Shown: positions 8,596 to 16,223, numbered from the stretch's first letter. The stretch: DNA of 36,009 nucleotides from an uncultured Ruminococcus sp. (GCA_964630005.1 CAZVSW010000002.1:1-36009), one strand, 5' to 3'. Notes: generated by a model not told the origin, from the sequence alone. Program-made: numbers and translations.

Positions 8596-9462
8596 ATGAA
8601 TGTTATAGATGTATTAAAGCAAGAACTTTACAAAATGCAAATGGCATTTACTGGAATTGATATAATTCAGATTAAGGATGGAGTCATTGTCGCGCGTGTT
8701 TGCTATCATAATGACAGCATGATTTTAAAACATTTCCAAAGAGATGATTTTAAACGCGAGATTCGAAATTACCAATTGCTGTCGCAACTGCAAATACCTG
8801 TTTTGCATATGATTTCTTGTACAGAGTCTTCCATACTTCTGGAAGATGTTATCTGTAGTACGTTCTACCGAATGGGGGAAGAACGTGATTTGGGTGATCC
8901 TATGGTTGCAAAGCTTATTGCGAAATGGTATTATCGGCTTCATACGAATGGATATGATTACATCTCAAAACGCGGTAATGATTTATATAGTGAATTGGAT
9001 GTGTTTAATCCGGAAGCAATTGAGTATATTAAATATCATACGGGTACTCAGAATTGCCCGGCGTGGAGGCTTATAACAGATAATTTTAATCACATGTTGC
9101 AAACATTGCGCGAAACACGATTGACGCTGACATATAATGATTTCTACTATACAAATTTAGTTGTTTCAAAAGATAATACATCTGCTATGATGTTTGATTA
9201 TAATCTGCTTGGTAAAGGATATGCATACTCAGATCTTCGAAACGTTTTATACTCGCTTAAGGCAAGAGCGAAAGACGCGTTCCTTGACGAATATGGCGAA
9301 TTTGATCGTTTTGAGTCAATTGTTGACGATGTAGTTTCCGTCGTTGTAACTTTATATTTTGCCTGTCAAAGAAAACAGTTCCCCTCGTGGGCAAAATCGA
9401 CTTTAGATATCGTCAATACTGATTTTACGGATAAAGTTTATCGCATGTTGGAGCAACGATAA
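8596..9462 (+). CDS. Phosphotransferase-fold kinase (APH / choline-kinase / CotS-like family)
   Basis: Track ORF starts at TTG 8569, and ATG 8596 (MNVIDVLKQ..) is the more likely start. Kinase-fold motifs are present: beta3 Lys (MILKHF), alphaC Glu (KREIRNYQLL), a catalytic-loop analogue (YNDFYYTNLVV) and a DFG-equivalent (MFDYNLLGKGYAYSDL). The gene is visibly AT-richer than its flanks. Confidence 0.65.
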   Translation: MNVIDVLKQELYKMQMAFTGIDIIQIKDGVIVARVCYHNDSMILKHFQRDDFKREIRNYQLLSQLQIPVLHMISCTESSILLEDVICSTFYRMGEERDLGDPMVAKLIAKWYYRLHTNGYDYISKRGNDLYSELDVFNPEAIEYIKYHTGTQNCPAWRLITDNFNHMLQTLRETRLTLTYNDFYYTNLVVSKDNTSAMMFDYNLLGKGYAYSDLRNVLYSLKARAKDAFLDEYGEFDRFESIVDDVVSVVVTLYFACQRKQFPSWAKSTLDIVNTDFTDKVYRMLEQR

Positions 9463-9576
9463 AACATTTAGAACGTGTTCACACTAACCGAAATATGACA
9501 TTAGATGCGCGTTGGAACACGCTCTAAACCGATGTTGAATGATAATGTCGGATGCTTGGGCTTGAATGAAATATTA

Positions 9577-9616
9577 TTAAGGCAATATCGTCATGATTAT
9601 GCGGTATTGCCTTAAA
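9577..9616. repeat. Hairpin repeat family 2, copy 1 (TTAAGGCAATA...TATGCGGTATTGCCTTAAA)
   Basis: AAGGCAATA / TATTGCCTT stem. Both arms recur at 22187..22239, where they read TTAAGACAATACC...TATGCGGTATCGCCTTAAA. Confidence 0.6.
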
Positions 9617-9734
9617 ATCTTTCAATAATTTAACTGACAGTTGAATTTGTATTTCGGTATAATATCTTCCAAACAATAGGATTAAGTGTTATACTACATA
9701 CACGGTACCGGAATTCAGCAATTGGAGGTCTATT

Positions 9735-10892
9735 ATGACAGAAACAATGGGGCAGATCATTAAAAGGCTGCGAAAAGAAAAAAACCTTACGCAAGAGGAG
9801 CTTGCGGAGCAATTGTGCATTTCCTCTGCGGCGGTTTCCAAATGGGAGAACAATACCAGTATGCCGGACATATCGCAAGTTGTTCCGCTTGCGAATCTGT
9901 TTGGCGTTTCTACCGATGTGTTATTCGGTATGTACGGATCAAATTATGATGAAGAGGTCAAAGCGCGGTTAGAAGAGATATTCCGTATTTATGACAACTG
10001 TCAGGACGGCGATGAAGCGCCGACGGCGTTGGTAATTCTTGATAAATACCGCGAAGCGATGAGGGTATATCCAAATAATTCCACTATTATGGTAAATGCT
10101 ATGGCGTTTGCGGAAGAGGTTTTGACATACAACTCCGCAGAACTCAGTGAATTGATCGGTCAAAACGGTATCAATTACATTAAGGAAGAAATCGTTCGCT
10201 GGGCGGAGCTTGTAATCAGATTCAGCCCATCGATAGACGATGTTTTGGCGGCAAAGGGCAGGCTGATTGGCATACATGTCCGCAGTGAAAACTGGAAAGA
10301 GGCTTTTAAATTGGCAGAAACTTTCCCGCGCGATGTTTGCGCAACACGTTCCATTCAGATGGCAAAGCTGAAACACGATTCTGGCGATATTCCGGGAGAA
10401 CGCTCACTGCGTTGTCGAAACATTTGCGAACTTGCAAGTCAGTTGGCGCACCAAACGGTAATGCTTGGCAATCTTTATAGAAATGAAGAGAAGTACAGCG
10501 AAGCGCTGTATTGCTATTCGTTCTTCGGAGATATGGTTGAATCCATATACCGTGATGAAGAATATAGACCGCCGTTTGTTTATGATCAAATCGCTCTGTT
10601 CCGATCTCCTGCGGTATGTATGGTGAAACTTGGGAGAAACGATGAGGCAATCGATTTGCTTGAAAAGGGAATACGTTTTGTGAAAAAGCAAGCGGAAAAC
10701 TATAACAAAAAGAAAAAGCTTGACGTACCGCTTCTCGCAGACTGTTCTTTCGGGTATGGCTATGACGGAGGGGCTGAATATTCTAATGTTAAAAGCAGAT
10801 TGAAAAATATGATCTGCGGGGATGATCTTGCTCCTCTTGCTCAGAATTCCCGCTATCAAAAGCTTTTAGAAACAGTTGATTCAATAGATTGA
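9735..10892 (+). CDS. XRE-family HTH transcriptional regulator with a long helical (TPR-like) C-terminal domain
   Basis: GGAGG (9724..9728) precedes ATG 9735. The N-terminus IIKRLRKEKNLTQEELAEQLCISSAAVSKWENNTSMPDISQVVPLANLFGVSTDVLFG is a classic Cro/C1 HTH. The remaining 310 or so residues are helical and repeat-like (..LGNLYRNEEKYSEALYCYSFF.., ..KLGRNDEAIDLLEKGI..). The gene is AT-rich. Confidence 0.8.
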   Translation: MTETMGQIIKRLRKEKNLTQEELAEQLCISSAAVSKWENNTSMPDISQVVPLANLFGVSTDVLFGMYGSNYDEEVKARLEEIFRIYDNCQDGDEAPTALVILDKYREAMRVYPNNSTIMVNAMAFAEEVLTYNSAELSELIGQNGINYIKEEIVRWAELVIRFSPSIDDVLAAKGRLIGIHVRSENWKEAFKLAETFPRDVCATRSIQMAKLKHDSGDIPGERSLRCRNICELASQLAHQTVMLGNLYRNEEKYSEALYCYSFFGDMVESIYRDEEYRPPFVYDQIALFRSPAVCMVKLGRNDEAIDLLEKGIRFVKKQAENYNKKKKLDVPLLADCSFGYGYDGGAEYSNVKSRLKNMICGDDLAPLAQNSRYQKLLETVDSID

Positions 10893-10954
10893 TAAGTGTA
10901 AGGTTTATTTCCGACAAGCGCCAAATACGATCAGTACATTCTATAGAATCATGC

Positions 10955-10994
10955 AAACCGAGCCAAACGCTTGAAAGGGCGTTTGGCTCGGTTT
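10955..10994. terminator. Bidirectional terminator between the convergent XRE-TPR and GHL10 genes
   Basis: 16-bp stem AAACCGAGCCAAACGC / GCGTTTGGCTCGGTTT with an 8-nt loop, and A/T runs on both sides. Confidence 0.85.
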
Positions 10995-11008
10995 AGTTTA
11001 ATTTCGGG

Positions 11009-13393
11009 TTACTTCTTTTTCTTTTTACTTATGACAAAGCCGACAGCGCAGGCGGCGACGACGGCGATGCCGCCGATGATGCCAAGCAGGAGTCCGTTTC
11101 CGCCGTTTTGCGGCTCTTCGGTCTGGGGCGTCGAGGCGGTCGCAGGGGCTGAGCCTGACTCTTCGCCGGAAGAGGCTTCTGATTCATCGGACGGCGGCTC
11201 GGATGACTCTGCCTTATCGTCCATTACGGGAAGCAGTGATACCGTGCCTTTATACTCTGCGCGGGAGAATTTTTGAATTCGGGAAGCAAGCTCGACGTCC
11301 TGAAGCAGATATGTGTCGTCTTTGTAAAGCGCATTCAGCGCATTGCAGAGCGCCACCGCATCTTCTCCGTGCTCTTTCAAAAGGGAAGCGAGCTTTTCGC
11401 CGCGTTTTTCGCCGTTTAGCGAATCATACAAAGCGAATCTCTTTTCGGCGGTCTTCAGAAGCGCCTTGACGCTTTCGCTTTCGAAAGCGGTGAAGGACAA
11501 TGCGTGTGACGCGAGAGCGTCTGTGACAAGCTGTGCGGCATAGCCGTGATCGCGGTATGCGCCCCATTCAAAATATCCGATGCCGTCGGCGCCGTAGATC
11601 GCGGTTTCGCGCGTTTGGCGGTACATTTCATCCATTGTAAGCGACAGATAAGCGCCGTTGCCCATGACGAGGAAGCTCGAATCGCCGATATACTCCCTGA
11701 ACCTTATGGTAGAAGCCTGCATGATTCCTTCTGCGTAGGACATGGGATAGATGCCGTCGACCCAGCCCTCTTTAAGCCAGACACTGCTGTCCTGGCAATA
11801 TGCTGCCGGCGCTGTGTAATCCGCAACGGCGGCGGTGATGTAGAGGTCGGGGCGAAGTTCGCGTATGATAGCAGAAAATTCTGATACGCGGCGGGCGATG
11901 AGGTCGGTTTTGAACTGAACCCATTCGTTCCAGCGCGGGTGAGCGGAAAGTTGTGCGGCGATATCGTCAACTACCGATGTGTCACAGCCCTTTTCGGACG
12001 CGAAAAGCTCTTTCATGGCGTCGTCATAGCCATAGTCTGTCTGACCGTCGTAGTAGGGGAAGCGTATGTAGTCGTACTGAAGCCCGTCGATGTCATAACG
12101 GGTTATGACATACGTCAGGTATTCCTTGAAATATTCAATATATTCCTCATTAGCGGGGGAGCAGAACTTTTCTTCGCCGATAACGCCTTGGTTTGTCTTG
12201 GTGAGGTATTTCGTAAAGCGCTGGTCGGCGTTATAAAACACGGGGATGGTGACAATAAGCTCTATGCCCTCGTCGTTGCAGGCTTTGACATATTCGCCGA
12301 GCAGGTCGAACGACGCGACGCCCTTGCCGGGTGCATAGGGGTATTCTTTTGAAAGCTTCAGCATTTTGGGTTCTATGCCGAGCAAAAGCTGATTCAGCCC
12401 TGCTTCGCGCATCTGCTTTACGGTTGCTCTGACTTGGTCTGCGTTTTTTTCAAGCGGCGAATACCATGTGCCGCGTATTTCCACATCGCGGCTTTCAATA
12501 AGCATACGGCTGATCGCTTTGAGGTCGGAAAGGGCCGCGTCGCGCTCTTCAAGGGTCGAGATATCTTTTGCTCCGGCTTCTGAAACAAGCTTTTCGACAT
12601 TTTCGTAATCGATCAATCTGAGCTGTTTTTTCGCTTCTTCAAGCTCTGATCTCAAATTGTTTATCTCATTTCCGACAGTTGCGGAAAGCATTTCTTCGTT
12701 GTATGTAACTGTGACGATATCGTTTTTGAGCTCACAGTGTGCGCCGGGGATAAAGTACATCCTGACGTTTTCTTTGTCTGCGCCTTCAATGACGGAAAGT
12801 ACATAGCCGCCTGCGGGGACGAGACTGTCGTTGCTTCCGGCTTCGACGACATAGCCGTCTTTGTCAATGACGACCTCATAGCCGTAACCGTTTGTACCTG
12901 TACGCGTTCCGGCTTGGTTATAGATGACCACGGTGTTGGAATAGCGCACGTCGTTATAGGTAGTGACCTTGATGGACCATTCGTAAAACGGGTCGATCTG
13001 TCCTTTTGAGGCGAGAACACGGCTGCCGTATTCATCGAACACCACGTTGAATCCGATGTCGATAAGGTCGTACATGTTCTTGCCCTTATCGCCCGTGCCG
13101 GAAACGACCATGCCGCCTTCCGGGATGGCGAGCTTTCTGCCGCGAACGTCACCGCCCGGGATTTTTTCTGTTACTTTGCCGGAAGCGTCGACAATGACGT
13201 TATATCCGTATTCGTTCTGTTCGGTGGTTTCTCTGTCGCGGTATACCACCATAGTATCTGCCCAGCGTGTTCCGTTGACAGAATCGACGTGAATCATCAA
13301 TGTTTCCTCCTCATCCGCCTTGGCGGGAATAAATATGGTGCAGAGCATAAGAGCGAGCAGCGCCGCCATAGCCCTTGCGGAGCGTTTTTTCAT
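11009..13393 (-). CDS. Large secreted GHL10 (YngK-like) protein with a duplicated N-terminal module, acidic Ser-rich linker and C-terminal TM anchor
   Basis: Track ORF 11009..13462 trimmed to ATG 13393, which has GGGAGA 9 nt upstream and gives the signal peptide MKKRSARAMAALLALMLCTIFIPAKA. The extended start would lie inside the promoter. GHL10 motifs: EIRGTWYSP, RYDIDGLQYDYIRFPYY, DGIYPMSY. The C-terminus reads ...SSEPPSDESEASSGEESGS...GGIAVVAACAVGFVISKKKKK. Confidence 0.85.
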   Translation of the reverse strand: MKKRSARAMAALLALMLCTIFIPAKADEEETLMIHVDSVNGTRWADTMVVYRDRETTEQNEYGYNVIVDASGKVTEKIPGGDVRGRKLAIPEGGMVVSGTGDKGKNMYDLIDIGFNVVFDEYGSRVLASKGQIDPFYEWSIKVTTYNDVRYSNTVVIYNQAGTRTGTNGYGYEVVIDKDGYVVEAGSNDSLVPAGGYVLSVIEGADKENVRMYFIPGAHCELKNDIVTVTYNEEMLSATVGNEINNLRSELEEAKKQLRLIDYENVEKLVSEAGAKDISTLEERDAALSDLKAISRMLIESRDVEIRGTWYSPLEKNADQVRATVKQMREAGLNQLLLGIEPKMLKLSKEYPYAPGKGVASFDLLGEYVKACNDEGIELIVTIPVFYNADQRFTKYLTKTNQGVIGEEKFCSPANEEYIEYFKEYLTYVITRYDIDGLQYDYIRFPYYDGQTDYGYDDAMKELFASEKGCDTSVVDDIAAQLSAHPRWNEWVQFKTDLIARRVSEFSAIIRELRPDLYITAAVADYTAPAAYCQDSSVWLKEGWVDGIYPMSYAEGIMQASTIRFREYIGDSSFLVMGNGAYLSLTMDEMYRQTRETAIYGADGIGYFEWGAYRDHGYAAQLVTDALASHALSFTAFESESVKALLKTAEKRFALYDSLNGEKRGEKLASLLKEHGEDAVALCNALNALYKDDTYLLQDVELASRIQKFSRAEYKGTVSLLPVMDDKAESSEPPSDESEASSGEESGSAPATASTPQTEEPQNGGNGLLLGIIGGIAVVAACAVGFVISKKKKK

Positions 13394-13433
13394 AAGCGTG
13401 ATTCTCCCGAAAAATGTGTTTTGATTTGTTATA

Positions 13434-13462
13434 AGTATACCTGAGAAGGCACTGTTTGTCAA
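13434..13462 (-). promoter_or_regulatory. Promoter of the large GHL10 gene (TTGACA-17-TATACT on the minus strand)
   Basis: Minus-strand TTGACA at 13462..13457, a 17-nt spacer, then TATACT at 13439..13434. Confidence 0.6.
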
Positions 13463-13520
13463 GAATCAGTTGCGCCGCAAAGAAAAAGTCGCCCACCTCT
13501 AAAAAGGGCGAACGACGATG

Positions 13521-13569
13521 CAAACAAAAGAGAACAGCCGTGCCGTTAAAGAAGCGTACGGCTGTTCTC
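13521..13569 (-). terminator. Rho-independent terminator of the MerR / zinc-ribbon operon
   Basis: 12-bp stem GAGAACAGCCGT / ACGGCTGTTCTC (13530..13569), followed on the minus strand by TTTTGTTTG. Confidence 0.8.
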
Positions 13570-13586
13570 ATTTAAAAACAATAAAA

Positions 13587-13889
13587 TCACTTGTTTCGGT
13601 CGCAGAAATCGGTTTTCTTACACTCGGGGCATTTTAGCAACCGGTATTTCCCCAAGTGTATCCACGCTGAAAACGAATACCATTTTGGCTTAAATACTGT
13701 TTGGCATTTGGGACAGCGATATGTTTTTGATATTACCAACACATGCGCATTCACTATTATAAAGATGACCGGAAGTGCTATGAGATACCACGGGACGTCA
13801 TAGTGTTCATTGAACCAGTTTATCTGACAAGAGGTCAGGCTGAAGGCTGTAGCGCATAGCAATAGAAGAAGCGAAAGTTTAGTTTTCAT
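13587..13889 (-). CDS. Small membrane (lipo)protein with a C-terminal CxxC...CxxC zinc ribbon
   Basis: Track ORF 13587..13949 trimmed to ATG 13889, which has AAGGAG 7 nt upstream and overlaps the merR stop by 11 nt. Sequence: MKTKLSLLLLLCATAFSLTSC (lipobox-like), TM helix WYLIALPVIFIIVNAHVLVI, then CPKC...x19...CPEC. Confidence 0.65.
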   Translation of the reverse strand: MKTKLSLLLLLCATAFSLTSCQINWFNEHYDVPWYLIALPVIFIIVNAHVLVISKTYRCPKCQTVFKPKWYSFSAWIHLGKYRLLKCPECKKTDFCDRNK

Positions 13890-14589
13890 TGATGTACTCC
13901 TTTTTGGTATCATAATAACTGAGCCACAATCCATCGATCTCCAGATCATTAATGATATAAGTGATTTTCAATCCGAGATTGCTGTATCTCAGGTATTTAC
14001 ACATTTTATGCTTATCAACTGCAACGTTTTTTTCGATCTGAATAAAAGCTCCGAGCGGTTTTAATGTGTCGTCGCGTATTGTGTCGAACACTTTTTGAGG
14101 CATATAGCTGATCAGCTTCTCACTGAAATGTTCATATAGCGTATCTGTGTGACCCTCAATTATAGCCAGTGTGCATTCGTCGGCGATCTGCCGCGCCGGC
14201 ATATCTTCATGAGCCTCAGAAAGGTTTTTTGCTTCCAATATGTTTTTTCCGTCTGCCATCTGAGTCAGAGCTTCGTTCAGAAGACCGATTTCGCTAATTC
14301 GCTTTTCTATCGAGGCATATAACTCAGCACGCTTCAGAATTATCGTGTTTTTCAGCTCCAAATCGTTCTTTTGCAGTGCACTGATCGTTTTGACCGATAA
14401 TCCGAGTGTGCGTAAAACTATGACGTTTTTAATCTGCGACAGTTGTTTTTCGGTGTACTGACGGCGATTTGAAAGCCCGACGGTAGTACTTTGTATGATA
14501 CCGTTTTTCTCATAGAAACGCAATGTGCGCGAGGTTGTGCCGAGCAATCTGCACACTTCTGTTATGTCGTACAGCCTGTCATCGTTCAT
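13879..14589 (-). CDS. MerR-family transcriptional regulator with an uncharacterised C-terminal effector domain of about 130 aa
   Basis: The N-terminus YDITEVCRLLGTTSRTLRFYEKNGIIQS...RRQYTEKQLSQIKNVIVLRTLGLSV is a canonical MerR HTH plus coiled coil. GGAGG lies upstream of ATG 14589. Confidence 0.85.
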   Translation of the reverse strand: MNDDRLYDITEVCRLLGTTSRTLRFYEKNGIIQSTTVGLSNRRQYTEKQLSQIKNVIVLRTLGLSVKTISALQKNDLELKNTIILKRAELYASIEKRISEIGLLNEALTQMADGKNILEAKNLSEAHEDMPARQIADECTLAIIEGHTDTLYEHFSEKLISYMPQKVFDTIRDDTLKPLGAFIQIEKNVAVDKHKMCKYLRYSNLGLKITYIINDLEIDGLWLSYYDTKKEYINEN

Positions 14590-14641
14590 TTTCCCTACCT
14601 CCGTTATTAAATGAAAACAGCTTCAATAGATTGTGTATATG

Positions 14642-14672
14642 ATTATAGCACTTGACGCCGCGTCAATGTCAA
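14642..14672 (-). promoter_or_regulatory. MerR-type promoter: TTGACA, 19-bp spacer containing the perfect dyad TTGACGC-G-GCGTCAA, then TATAAT
   Basis: Minus-strand reading: TTGACA (14672..14667), spacer 14666..14648 (19 nt) and TATAAT (14647..14642). The palindrome at 14652..14666 occupies most of the spacer. Confidence 0.75.
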
Positions 14673-14703
14673 TAGGTACTCTGATGAAATAAAATAAATT
14701 TTC

Positions 14704-14732
14704 AGGGAGTCGTTGGATTTTAACGACTCCCT
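14704..14732 (-). terminator. Terminator downstream of the blaR1-like gene
   Basis: AGGGAGTCGTT / AACGACTCCCT stem with a 7-nt loop and A/T-rich flanks on both sides. Confidence 0.7.
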
Positions 14733-14741
14733 TGCTTATTT

Positions 14742-15707
14742 TTATAGCAGTGAACTGAAAACCGTTGCGTACGGCGACGGATCGGTGAGAACGCAGACGG
14801 AAACTATGATGCACAGCACAATTGATATTACTATCGTTATGCGCGACGGCTTCTTATAGCGCAGTACATTCTTTACCCTTGCCTTGACGCTTGTTTCGCC
14901 AAAGGCGAGCGGACATGCGCCGATATGCTTTTTTGAAGTGCTGCAATTGAGCAGCGCCTCCGAATACGCCTTTTTAATGTCGCTGTCGCTGTCGCGCAGT
15001 ACTTTTTCGTCGCACGCGAGCTCTATATCGCGGCAAAACAGCGTATATGCCAGCCATAACAGCGGGTTGAACCAATACACGCAAAGCAGTGCGAAGCCGA
15101 GCAGCTTCCATACATGGTCAAGCCTTTTAAGATGCGCGCGTTCATGAGCGATCACATATGAATTGTTTTGTTCAGCCATGCGAGAGGGCAGGTATATCTT
15201 AGGACGGAATATCCCGAAGATGAACGGCGTTCTGACGCGGTCGCAGAGCCTTACTCCGTCTTCGACGGTCAGAAATTCGCGTACGGTATGTCTTGTTTTG
15301 ATATAGCTTGCGGCGGTGTAGATAAGCATTGCCGCCGCGCCGATAAGCCAGATAACCGACGCTAACGCCATGACTATCTGCATAGGATTTACGCTTGCGG
15401 CTTCTGACGGATAAAGCGGCGAAAGCACGGCGTTGTTTATCGCGTTGTCGATGAATGAAATGCCGCTGTTGATCGCCGGGGCTTTGGAGAGCATGATATT
15501 GCCGGGCAGTGTGTCAGCGCTTGGGATAATGCTGAATATGCTCTGCGACGAAAAGGGAAGCATAAGCCTCAGCGCAACAAGCCCCCAAAGGGCGGCGTGT
15601 ATCCTTTTAGGCGCTTTGAAAAGCAGTAATTTCAATATGATAACGGCAATTGCCGTCCAACCGGCGGTTATGCTCATATTGAATATCCTGAGAAAGACGG
15701 TTTCCAT
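14742..15707 (-). CDS. BlaR1/MecR1-like M56 peptidase membrane protein lacking the penicillin-binding sensor domain
   Basis: 321 aa with multiple TM helices and the zinc motif HERAHLKRLDH (HExxH). It ends shortly after a final TM helix (ITIVISIVLCIIVSVCVL). Canonical BlaR1 is about 585 aa. It sits 3 nt downstream of blaI. Confidence 0.8.
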   Translation of the reverse strand: METVFLRIFNMSITAGWTAIAVIILKLLLFKAPKRIHAALWGLVALRLMLPFSSQSIFSIIPSADTLPGNIMLSKAPAINSGISFIDNAINNAVLSPLYPSEAASVNPMQIVMALASVIWLIGAAAMLIYTAASYIKTRHTVREFLTVEDGVRLCDRVRTPFIFGIFRPKIYLPSRMAEQNNSYVIAHERAHLKRLDHVWKLLGFALLCVYWFNPLLWLAYTLFCRDIELACDEKVLRDSDSDIKKAYSEALLNCSTSKKHIGACPLAFGETSVKARVKNVLRYKKPSRITIVISIVLCIIVSVCVLTDPSPYATVFSSLL

Positions 15708-15710
15708 ATT

Positions 15711-16073
15711 TCAGCCCTCCTTATATTCGTCGATCAGCTTCTTCAGCTGTAAAACTTCCTCGGGCTTCAGCGGCTTTTTTGATGTGAACGCGGCAAAAAA
15801 CGCGGGAAGCGATCCGCCGAAGCTTTCGTTTACAAATCGCTCGCTTTGCGCGGCATAAAAATCATTTTTCGATATGACGGAAGTTACCGTTCCCTTGGCG
15901 TTTGCAAAAATTCCCTTATCGCAAAGCCTTTTTAAAACGGTAAATGACGTGCTCTTTTTCCATCCCAAAAGCTCTTCGCTTTTTTTGGCAAGCTCAGATG
16001 ATGAGATCGGCTCGTTATCCCAGATTATGTCGGCAAATCTCGCCTCAACAGTCCCCATTGATAAGTCTGACAT
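15711..16073 (-). CDS. blaI: BlaI/MecI/CopY-family winged-helix repressor
   Basis: Track ORF 15711..16118 trimmed to ATG 16073, with AAGGAGA 8 nt upstream. The sequence MSDLSMGTVEARFADIIWDNEPISSSELAKKSEELLGWKKSTSFTVLKRLCDKGIF is typical of the Penicillinase_R family. Confidence 0.85.
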   Translation of the reverse strand: MSDLSMGTVEARFADIIWDNEPISSSELAKKSEELLGWKKSTSFTVLKRLCDKGIFANAKGTVTSVISKNDFYAAQSERFVNESFGGSLPAFFAAFTSKKPLKPEEVLQLKKLIDEYKEG

Positions 16074-16100
16074 GGTGTATTTCTCCTTTTTATATGTTGG

Positions 16101-16149
16101 TCTACAGCTGTAGTACATATATTCTACACCATGTAGACTGATTTGTCAA
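16101..16149 (-). promoter_or_regulatory. blaI-blaR1 promoter (TTGACA-17-TAGAAT) with two TACA/TGTA operator dyads
   Basis: Minus-strand TTGACA at 16149..16144 and TAGAAT at 16126..16121. Dyad 1 is CTACAGCTGTAG (16102..16113). Dyad 2 is TCTACAccaTGTAGA (16123..16137) and overlaps the -10 and spacer. Both resemble BlaI/MecI TACA-N-TGTA operators. Confidence 0.7.
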
Positions 16150-16223
16150 CCCCCATTTTACTGTTTTATATGTGAACACGCTCTGACGATATCGGGCGGC
16201 TGTTGCCGTAAAAGGCGAAAAAC

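Noticed and set aside
9532-9615. 27-codon ORF (MLNDNVGCLGLNEILLRQYRHDYAVLP) upstream of the XRE-TPR regulator, considered as a possible signalling pro-peptide. The 10-codon ORF at 9496..9528 was considered as well.
   Set aside because: There is no RBS and no signal-peptide-like hydrophobic segment. Its 3' half is explained by the hairpin repeat that recurs at 22187..22239, where the same frame is closed by a stop and has no ATG.
8596-10892. Kinase plus XRE regulator considered as a HipA/HipB-like toxin-antitoxin pair.
   Set aside because: The kinase has APH/CotS-type motifs, not HipA-type motifs. The genes are 272 nt apart with separate promoter-like sequences and an intervening hairpin. The XRE protein is 385 aa with a large sensor-like domain, unlike HipB.
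10951-10974. 7-codon mini-ORF (MQTEPNA) downstream of the XRE-TPR gene.
   Set aside because: It lies within the left arm of the 16-bp bidirectional terminator and has no RBS.
13394-13462. N-terminal extension of the 817-aa track ORF. Similar extensions occur at 2920, 7008, 8569, 13949, 16118, 18461, 19391, 29002, 30812 and 32474.
   Set aside because: The extensions lack an RBS, would cover promoter or terminator elements, or would precede obvious signal peptides. Internal starts with GGAGG-like sites give canonical N-termini.
8569-14600. Possibility that the AT-rich islets are mobile elements or prophage remnants.
   Set aside because: I could see no integrase, transposase, recombinase, phage structural gene, flanking direct repeat or tRNA target. 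Only the compositional contrast supports horizontal origin, so it is reported as a finding and not called a mobile element.
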